From contig JBHLPL010000021.1 in assembly GCA_048939465.1 (NCBI GenBank), positions 1 to 22,258 of the forward strand: a DNA stretch of 22,258 bases. The letters are read 5' to 3'. Made by a program: the position numbers and the translations under genes. The stretch is from Promethearchaeota archaeon. GTDB lineage: Archaea > Asgardarchaeota > Odinarchaeia > Odinarchaeales > JBHLKK01. The notes beneath the pieces were generated by a model, which worked only from the letters and a program-made list of their open reading frames with translations, made no database searches and was not told the DNA's origin. This document shows positions 8,343-15,451 of the stretch, one piece after another (positions within the stretch are counted from its first letter, which is position 1; each line of letters begins with the position of its first letter).

Positions 8343-8384
8343 TTTCAACAAGACCATTTGCAGAAAATTAGGTGATGAAAAAGA

Positions 8385-8432
8385 ATGTCCAAGAAGAAGA
8401 AAGAAGGAAAGAAGAAAGGAAAGAAGAAGTAA
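8385..8432 (+). CDS. Putative basic micropeptide MSKKKKEGKKKGKKK (15 aa)
   Basis: GGTGAT RBS (8371-8376) 8 nt before ATG, mixed AAG/AAA Lys codons, and a T8 tract downstream. Confidence 0.5.
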   Translation: MSKKKKEGKKKGKKK

Positions 8433-8463
8433 TAACAACAAATCAATTATGGAATAATCATTC

Positions 8464-8471
8464 TTTTTTTT
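8464..8471 (+). terminator. Oligo-T terminator candidate closing the micro-ORF pair
   Basis: T8 tract about 30 nt after the second stop. Confidence 0.5.
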
Positions 8472-8781
8472 CAAATCCTGCTATTTTTGGATTTGATTTC
8501 CCTAGGCGGTCACCTAAAGAAAGATTACTGATTCTAGCACTACTTCCTCAAGAAAATTCTAACTGCGGACGAGGATTTTAGATTTTTAAAATCAGTTTTC
8601 AATCATCGGAGTCTTACGAATATTAATCTTCATTTGACAAAGATAAGGGCATAATCAACTTTCCGTCTTCTATTGAAACCCATCAAATTCACTGTCAAAG
8701 CTAATTTGCCGGAGATTTAATATCACTTTATCCCAAGAAAATTCAGAGCACACTTGAATCGAATCCGCATCACCCATTCAT

Positions 8782-9612
8782 CTATTCATACGAAAGAATT
8801 GTTCTCGCCTTCTTAAGTATTAACTCGAGAGTCTTCTCGGAGATTCCTGTTTCTTTTCTAATTTCCTCTGGTCTCTTTCTTATAAGGTCTCTTAGCAGTA
8901 TTATTCCAGCTGATGTGATTTTCTTTCTATCGGAAGCCTTTAGACCTTTAAGATAGGTTATGGGGTACAATTTCTTTTCTTCAATCATAGTTTGTAGGTC
9001 ATGATGACGAGGGGAACTCCACCCTATGTGATGAATACCTCTGCATTCTACATATTCTATGGCTTGTTTTGAGAGCTTGGTGTTGCAGACGATCATTGCC
9101 TTATCTATTCTGAAATCGTTCAATCCCAATTCAAACCCCTCAGTAACATCTTCGAGAACAGCTCTTAGTATGCGACTTTCATCTAAGCCCGTTTCTGTGT
9201 GATACCTATAGTGATGTTTTACTTCCACGATGTACGTTTCACCATTCTTGCTTGCGATAGCGTCGACCTCGTGCTCCGTGCATCTCCCCCGTATAATCTG
9301 GTTTGGAATGACTTTGTAACCATGTTCCCTTAGCAGGATTTGGATGAAATGTTCAAAATTAGGGGCTGGCCTCATCAAGCTCAAGGCTTCTCGCAGATCA
9401 ATCTGGTGCTTAACGGCAGGTTTATGTTTGCCTAACTGTCTGAAAATCATTTTAAGAATCTTCTCTGTCTCAATGCCCTCATAGATGCCCGCTTCAACCG
9501 TCTGAGCGACTTTTTCGGAGACTTCTCTGTTAGCCCCCAGCCTCAAACAGGTTCCTATGACTCTTTCTCTATCAAACAACTGTTTGGTACCGTCCGCCTT
9601 TGTTACGAACAT
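8782..9612 (-). CDS. ATP-cone + PD-(D/E)xK (Mrr-like) endonuclease domain protein
   Basis: N-terminal VTKADGTKQLFDRERV (ATP cone) and EHEVD...IVEVKHH nuclease motif, with a helical C-terminus. GGGGTGA RBS favours ATG 9612 over GTG 9624. Confidence 0.85.
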   Translation of the reverse strand: MFVTKADGTKQLFDRERVIGTCLRLGANREVSEKVAQTVEAGIYEGIETEKILKMIFRQLGKHKPAVKHQIDLREALSLMRPAPNFEHFIQILLREHGYKVIPNQIIRGRCTEHEVDAIASKNGETYIVEVKHHYRYHTETGLDESRILRAVLEDVTEGFELGLNDFRIDKAMIVCNTKLSKQAIEYVECRGIHHIGWSSPRHHDLQTMIEEKKLYPITYLKGLKASDRKKITSAGIILLRDLIRKRPEEIRKETGISEKTLELILKKARTILSYE

Positions 9613-9985
9613 AATCGCAGTCACCCCTGATAGGTATCAAGAGTTCATTCAATAAAAGGGCGACAGTCTGTCTTTCCAGAGTCATCTCAGTCTCATGCCG
9701 GCATTCTTCAATCAGTTTGGCTGTCAGCATTCCTTAAACGATATAAGGATATAGAAAAGGTAATGATTGTATGAAACTCCTCAATATGAGCTGCAAACCT
9801 ACAGTGTTCCTTAGCCATAGTTCAACTAAAGTCGTATCCAATGCAAGAGACTTCTCAGAATCTTAGCGTTGTCTGAAGCTCGACCATACTCTCGCCATCT
9901 CTTTACTATCCACCATTTACCATCTGCCATTACAGCCTGCCATCTAGTCTACAGATTTATATATAACACTGTTATTCCTTTAATC

Positions 9986-10861
9986 ATGATTTTCCCAATA
10001 ATGGTGACCTTGAGAGAAGGTGTTGAAATCGCACTAGTTTTGGGCATAATATTGGGCTATATTGCAGAACTAGGGGCGTTCGGCCTAAGGAAGTATGTTT
10101 ATCTGGGATTTGCAGTAGCAGTGGTTGCTAGCCTCTTGGTAAGCATTGCCCTGAACCTTCTGGGAGTCGTGTTTAGCGGCCTCATCGAAAGGCTGTACGA
10201 AGGTGTAACATCGGCACTTGCAGCGATTGTGCTGTTAACTGCAGTTCTGTGGATGCACAAGAAAGGCCCAACAATCAGACGCGAACTTGAAGCAAAAGTG
10301 GGCCTAGCTGTGGAGAAGGGGACGGCAGATGCCTTGGCGATTCTATCCTTTGTAATTGTCGTAAGAGAAGGAGTTGAGATAGCTTTATTCCTTCAACAGT
10401 CAATTATCCAGACAACGGTGGCTGAGACCATCCTAGGGGCCCTAATAGGTTTCACAGGTGCACTTGTCGTCGGCCTTATCATTCTCAAAACCTCGGCGAG
10501 AGTCTCGACAAGAACATTCTTCCGGGTTACCAGCATAATACTTGTTTTCATAGCTGCTGGCTTGCTGGCTTATGGAATTCATGAGCTTCAAGAAGCGGCC
10601 ATCATCCCTGTTGTAGTAGAACATCTTTACGATGTCAACTTCATAATAGATGAAAACGGTCTCGTGGGAAGCATCCTGAAAGCTCTATTCGGATACAATG
10701 GCAATCCATCACTAATAGAAACTACAGTCTATCTTCTGTTCTTGACATTCAGCCTCTCATATCTGATACTCTCGAATCGTGGAAAAATTAATTTGGAAGA
10801 AATCAATCTGAACGAAGGAACCCACGAATTAAGAAACAAGAAATCAGATAATAGGAAATAG
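9986..10861 (+). CDS. ftr1: FTR1/EfeU family iron permease
   Basis: Two REGVE (REGxE) motifs, multiple TM helices and the FGYNGNPS motif. The start is probably ATG 9986 with TTTATATA at 9956-9963 (leaderless), rather than 9869. Confidence 0.92.
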   Translation: MIFPIMVTLREGVEIALVLGIILGYIAELGAFGLRKYVYLGFAVAVVASLLVSIALNLLGVVFSGLIERLYEGVTSALAAIVLLTAVLWMHKKGPTIRRELEAKVGLAVEKGTADALAILSFVIVVREGVEIALFLQQSIIQTTVAETILGALIGFTGALVVGLIILKTSARVSTRTFFRVTSIILVFIAAGLLAYGIHELQEAAIIPVVVEHLYDVNFIIDENGLVGSILKALFGYNGNPSLIETTVYLLFLTFSLSYLILSNRGKINLEEINLNEGTHELRNKKSDNRK

Positions 10862-11156
10862 GGAACAGTAATTGGAATCGTGAAAGAATAAAAAAGGCTG
10901 AAGAATCGCCCTCTTATCCATAAAATCCTAGTTGAGCTAGTGGGCAGAAAAACCATCTTTCGGAATTCTACCGCGGAAAAAAGGCGCACAAATGGCAACC
11001 TGCTTCTTAACAGGTCAATCGCTGTCAATTCTTAATCGACCGTTCATCAACAGAATTCCTAATATAGAAGAATAGCAGACTGGAAATCGAACAGCAATTC
11101 AAATACCTTTAGTACAAGAGAATCATAGATCAGGATCCTGCGGGAGAGGAAAAACC

Positions 11157-11678
11157 TTGAAATGGGTTACTCGAGATCACGTCCACGTGGATCGGGTTGC
11201 ATGTCCCTGGCTAATCAAACGATTCATAGACAATGAAGCCGAGTTCCTGTTCATCAAGTGGCCTGGGACCAAAATCAACTCTTCAATGGGTACACCCTTT
11301 GATTTTCCGGGTGAAAGCATAAAGTATACTCACCGGAACAACAAGTGTACCTTTGAGGTCCTAATAGAGGAGTACGGGCTAAAAGACCCAATTCTATATG
11401 AGATGGCTAAAATAATTCACAGTGCCGATATTTCAAAAGACTTAGAGCTCTCATCAGAAGCAAACGGTGTTGAGCTGGTTTCAAGCGGACTGGTTTGGAT
11501 CTCAAAGGATGACCATGAGGCTATAGAGAAAGGAATGATCCTTTATGATGCCCTGTACGCGGGCCTAAAACTGCGACACTTGAAGCAGAAGTACAGCAAT
11601 GTTCTGAAAGCCCTTGACAGGGAAGATCGATACGAACTAATAAGGACCAAGTGGTCTACTCCTATCGAACTTGAATAG
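11157..11678 (+). CDS. chrB: Chromate resistance protein ChrB-domain protein
   Basis: MKWVTR..VHVDRVACPWLIKRFID..AEFLF and PFD...CTFE motifs. TTG start with GGAGAGG RBS. Confidence 0.88.
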   Translation: MKWVTRDHVHVDRVACPWLIKRFIDNEAEFLFIKWPGTKINSSMGTPFDFPGESIKYTHRNNKCTFEVLIEEYGLKDPILYEMAKIIHSADISKDLELSSEANGVELVSSGLVWISKDDHEAIEKGMILYDALYAGLKLRHLKQKYSNVLKALDREDRYELIRTKWSTPIELE

Positions 11679-11690
11679 TGGCTGAGGGCT

Positions 11691-12953
11691 ATGCGTCCTT
11701 CCAACGTGAGAGCCTCCATAGTAATCTTGTGCCTTCTAGGTCTGTTTGCAATCTTCAGTTCAACTATGTCTAAATCCCCGATCCTCCCCTACTTTGCACG
11801 AGACCTGGGAGCTTCGGAAGTAGAACTGGGAATAATCGCAGCAGCATCAACCATCCCCGGCATCATAGCAAGTTTTCCTGCAGGGCTTGCCTCAGATATC
11901 TGGGCCAAAAGGATACTACTAATCGTCTCGTGTCTGTTTTTTGCTCTCACTCCTTTTCTGTATTTCCTGGTCAGAACCCCTCTGCAGCTGACATTAGTCC
12001 GCTTTGCTCATGGATTTGCAACCGCAATTCTAGGCCCCGTTGCCTTAGCTATGGTTGCAAGAAAGTACCTTTCAAGAAGAGGTGAAATGATGGGATACTA
12101 TTCGTCTTCAACCTACATCGGAAGATTAGCTGCCCCGGTTGCAGGTGGAGCCATTCTCTCCTCATCCATCGTATTCGTGGCCGGAACTTCAACGTTTATG
12201 AGCATCTATCTAATTTGTGGTATCAGTGGTTTCCTCGCCCTCCTTTTTGCCCTTCTAATACCCCATAAGAATTCGTCGCAAATAGAACCAGATGCTGCCA
12301 TGAGACCGCGAAATCTCACACGGAGTCTTCGTGAACTATTTACTAACCGCCTGATAATGACAACCGCTGTTATGGAGGCTGTTCAGTATTTCTCTTTTGG
12401 TGCGATCGAGTTTTTCTTGCCACTGTTCTGGTCTGATAAGCTGGGTTTGGACGAAACGCAAATAGGAATACAGATGGGAATAATGTTAACTACCATAGTT
12501 GCAGTGTTGCTGCTCACGAATCCTTTGATGGGCAGGCTTTCGGATAGATTCTCCAGAAAACCCTTCATATATTCCGGATTATTCATTTGCGGACTCTCAC
12601 TCATTCTCCTGCCCCTCATCCCGGACCTCTTAACCGGAGGAATCCTGGTCGCACTCTACGGGCTAGGAATGAGTGCCAATACCGCCTCAACTTCTGCATT
12701 CATATCAGATCTGGCTAAGAAGGAGCAATATGGAGCAGCAATAGGTATCACCAAAACCATAATGGATATCGGGCAGGCGTTAGGTCCCATAACTTTTGGG
12801 ATAGTACTCACAATAACAATTAGAAATTACCTAATTGGATTCCTCTTTGTATCTTCTGTCTTGTTTTTAGCAGTAGCACTTTTCTTAGGAGTTGTGAGAA
12901 CTACGAAGGCAAAAGCCGTTTCCAACTCCGAAAATAACATTGATGCTGATTGA
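11691..12953 (+). CDS. MFS transporter (DHA1-like)
   Basis: About 12 hydrophobic helices and motif A in both halves (GLASDIWAKR, GRLSDRFSRK). Lies 12 nt after chrB. Confidence 0.9.
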   Translation: MRPSNVRASIVILCLLGLFAIFSSTMSKSPILPYFARDLGASEVELGIIAAASTIPGIIASFPAGLASDIWAKRILLIVSCLFFALTPFLYFLVRTPLQLTLVRFAHGFATAILGPVALAMVARKYLSRRGEMMGYYSSSTYIGRLAAPVAGGAILSSSIVFVAGTSTFMSIYLICGISGFLALLFALLIPHKNSSQIEPDAAMRPRNLTRSLRELFTNRLIMTTAVMEAVQYFSFGAIEFFLPLFWSDKLGLDETQIGIQMGIMLTTIVAVLLLTNPLMGRLSDRFSRKPFIYSGLFICGLSLILLPLIPDLLTGGILVALYGLGMSANTASTSAFISDLAKKEQYGAAIGITKTIMDIGQALGPITFGIVLTITIRNYLIGFLFVSSVLFLAVALFLGVVRTTKAKAVSNSENNIDAD

Positions 12954-13045
12954 GGCTAGAACCATCGACTAAAACCTTTCAGAAAATCTATCAGTGTACT
13001 CTTCGGTTTGCTAACAAACTACCTGCTCCTTGTAAGACCGTAACC

Positions 13046-13783
13046 CTACTCTATTCCCATACTCTTCCTTATTTTCAATACCTTACTTGCTCTCTGAACG
13101 TACTTATTGATGGATTGTGCCGCTCTTTGGTCTGAATATCCTTCATAGTCTTCGAGGGTAATTGTCGCCTCTTTAGTCTTTATTTTTCTGCCCGATGTGT
13201 AGTCAAATTGAAAGATCTTAAAAAGAGCTAATTCCCCCATCGATCTCCAGTATTCCACCGGCCGGTGACTGTGTCTCGACCACCACCACCCACTGGGCTG
13301 CCTGCCTGAAGGGTATCTATCTTCGACCAGCGTCTGAACACCAATCATTCTGTCTACCGGTATTTCCCAATTGTGTTTCTTGGAACTCCTAGGATTAAAC
13401 CTAAAAACCCTTTTTAGTGTAACAACAATGACGTCTTCCTCCGCTGACGGGAGATGGGGACTAGGTTTGTATAAGTATGCAGAATGATAAACCCACTCAT
13501 CTAGGCGGAGCAGTTCTCTTACACGGCTCGAAAGCTTCTGTCTGAGCCTTCTCTGTTCCTCATACAGGTGCTCTTCATATTCTTCGGAGATCTCATACTG
13601 CCCCGAATCTCCCTCTATGAACACCAATCCGCAAGAACGACATGCCCCCCTCTCTTCTAAGGTTACAGAAGAGCCACATATAGGGCATCTGTTGGACTCC
13701 AAGAAAGCGGAAGCTACACCCCCACCGAAGATCATATCAAATGAGGTTATGATATCTTCTCTTAGGAGCTCAAAATCCTTCAA
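13046..13783 (-). CDS. Zn-ribbon (CPIC...CxxC) plus PH-like domain protein, short paralogue
   Basis: Collinear with the C-terminal two-thirds of 13826-14905. IVVTLKRVFRF...WEIPVDRMIGV resembles bacterial PH-fold domains. The start is uncertain (TTG 13783 or ATA 13813). Confidence 0.75.
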   Translation of the reverse strand: MKDFELLREDIITSFDMIFGGGVASAFLESNRCPICGSSVTLEERGACRSCGLVFIEGDSGQYEISEEYEEHLYEEQRRLRQKLSSRVRELLRLDEWVYHSAYLYKPSPHLPSAEEDVIVVTLKRVFRFNPRSSKKHNWEIPVDRMIGVQTLVEDRYPSGRQPSGWWWSRHSHRPVEYWRSMGELALFKIFQFDYTSGRKIKTKEATITLEDYEGYSDQRAAQSINKYVQRASKVLKIRKSMGIE

Positions 13784-13825
13784 ACAAAACTCCCCCTTAG
13801 ACCCTAATTCTATAAGATTTTCACC

Positions 13826-14905
13826 TCACTCTATTCCCATGCTTTTCCTCAATTCCATTACCTTTTTTGCTCTCTGTACGTATTTATCGATGGATTGTGC
13901 CGCTCTTCGGTCTGACCATCTCCTATACTCTTCGATGTAGATTGCCGATTCCTTACTCTTTGTTCTTCTGCCCGAGGTATAGTCGAATTGAAAAATCTTA
14001 AAGGGAAATATCTCCCCTGTGGCTCTATCAAGTGCTAACGGACCTCCTGACTTGCGCCACCCACGCCGATGATACCGCCACCATACACGCCGATGATACC
14101 GCCACCAACTAATTCGATCACCTGAAATGTATCTGTCTTCAACAAATACCCGAACACCAGTCATTTTGTCTACCGGTATTTCCCAGAAATGTCTCTTAGC
14201 CCTCTTAGGATTGAACCTGAACACCCTTTTTGAAGTGACAACAACGACTTCCTCCTCAACCGATAGATGATGAGGCCTCCGTCTGTAGAAGTCTGCAGAA
14301 TGATAAACCCACTCATCTAGGCGAAGCAGTTCTCTTACACGAGATGAAAATTCCTGTCTGAGCCTTTCCTGTTCCTCGTACATGTGTTCCTTGTACTCTT
14401 CGGAGATCTCATACTGCCCCGAATCTCCCTCTATGAACTCCAATCCGCAAGACTTGCAGGAACCTATCTCTCTCAAGGTTACACCAGAACCGCATATAGG
14501 ACATCTGTTGAATCCCAGAAAAGTGGAAGCTATATCCCCGCCAAAGTTCATATCAAATGAGGTCCTGATATCTTCTCTTAGAAGCTCTAAATCCTCTGGC
14601 AAAAGCTTTCTTCCCAGAGCTACCTCTACCTGAGCCGGATATTCTGCGATTTGCAGGGGACCTTCCTTTCTCCACCAAGCCTCAAATTCTTTCTTGGTAA
14701 GATTCAGATAGACTGTCTTTCTTTTGATCCTTGCGATCATACCTCTTGGTAGGATGAAGGTCCCTCTTTCTCCCACATAACTCTCCATGGCAATGTCATT
14801 GCCAACGATTTCGTCAACGATTCCTAGCTGTTTGCCATCTGAACTTTCTATCCCTTGGGTCTTCTCTGTTAGTTTCGAGATATCTTTCAACAACCCCCCC
14901 ACCAA
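13826..14905 (-). CDS. PRC-barrel-like + Zn-ribbon + PH-like domain protein, long paralogue
   Basis: N-terminal IESSDGKQLGIVDEI...FILP..MIARI...VYLNLTK is PRC-barrel-like, followed by CPICG...CKSCG and a PH-like region. The start is uncertain by a few codons. Confidence 0.75.
   Translation of the reverse strand: MVGGLLKDISKLTEKTQGIESSDGKQLGIVDEIVGNDIAMESYVGERGTFILPRGMIARIKRKTVYLNLTKKEFEAWWRKEGPLQIAEYPAQVEVALGRKLLPEDLELLREDIRTSFDMNFGGDIASTFLGFNRCPICGSGVTLREIGSCKSCGLEFIEGDSGQYEISEEYKEHMYEEQERLRQEFSSRVRELLRLDEWVYHSADFYRRRPHHLSVEEEVVVVTSKRVFRFNPKRAKRHFWEIPVDKMTGVRVFVEDRYISGDRISWWRYHRRVWWRYHRRGWRKSGGPLALDRATGEIFPFKIFQFDYTSGRRTKSKESAIYIEEYRRWSDRRAAQSIDKYVQRAKKVMELRKSMGIE
14062..14107. repeat. In-frame 24-bp-period tandem repeat (22 bp identical), encoding WWRYHRR twice on the minus strand
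   Basis: CACGCCGATGATACCGCCACCA at 14062-14083 and 14086-14107. Confidence 0.95.
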
Positions 14906-15019
14906 TACCCTAATTTCAGTTGTAACTAAGGAGTATTAAGCTTTATCTCACAGATTGAGCATCCCTGAGTAACCCGAAAAACCAGGACAATTCAAGAGCA
15001 ATTCCTCTTCAGGTTCTGG

Positions 15020-15334
15020 TTAGATGCGTTCGATACTGAATATGACCGGCCTCAGTCCGTCTGTACAACATCTCACCTTGGGAGTTTCCCTACCCTCCTT
15101 CTTTGAAACCCTTACCCCATACCGCAGCATGGTTACCACTGTGAAAAGATCATTCCAAGCCCAGTAGCAGAACCCCTCTGGCATCTCCCCGTCATCGCCT
15201 ACGACAAACTCTTGCCCCTCTTCAAATACGCTACAAGCCTCTGAAAACTGTTCAGGTGGAGGATTATTGCCAAATACGTCCCTTGTATTCAGCTTCTTTA
15301 AGACCGTTATCTTGACCTTGTGTTTCTCTGCCAT
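15020..15334 (-). CDS. TIGR04076 family protein (104 aa), copy 2
   Basis: 83/104 residues identical to copy 1 by manual alignment. GGTGAT RBS. Confidence 0.88.
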   Translation of the reverse strand: MAEKHKVKITVLKKLNTRDVFGNNPPPEQFSEACSVFEEGQEFVVGDDGEMPEGFCYWAWNDLFTVVTMLRYGVRVSKKEGRETPKVRCCTDGLRPVIFSIERI

Positions 15335-15451
15335 AGAATCACCGGTCTTTCTTTCATCTAGACAATAAATAGAACATAAATCTAATGGTATCCCCCCAAA
15401 AATTTAAAATATCAAATTGTAATGATTGCGCAGAAATGAGGTTTTCCCCTT

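Noticed and set aside
8271-8581. Track ORFs 8271-8474 (-) and 8372-8581 (+)
   Set aside because: Low-complexity by-products of the purine-rich tract. The RBS-backed micro-ORFs in other frames explain the sequence better.
8538-8663. ILTADEDFRFL resembling a PIN-domain motif (possible pseudogene)
   Set aside because: One short motif in a start-less frame bounded by stops, too weak to call.
9869-9985. N-terminal extension of FTR1 and the recurring CCAT(C/T) motifs at about 9895-9945
   Set aside because: A TATA box at 9956-9963 supports the start at 9986. The CCAT units are short and irregularly spaced, so I cannot separate them from chance.
10729-11028. 99-aa minus-strand ORF overlapping the FTR1 3' end
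   Set aside because: Antisense overlap, with no RBS or recognisable domain.
13046-14905. Diversity-generating retroelement TR/VR pair, or selenocysteine read-through at the TGA
   Set aside because: Differences include indels and are not adenine-restricted, and no reverse transcriptase is in the window. No SECIS-like element or Cys/Sec context was seen.
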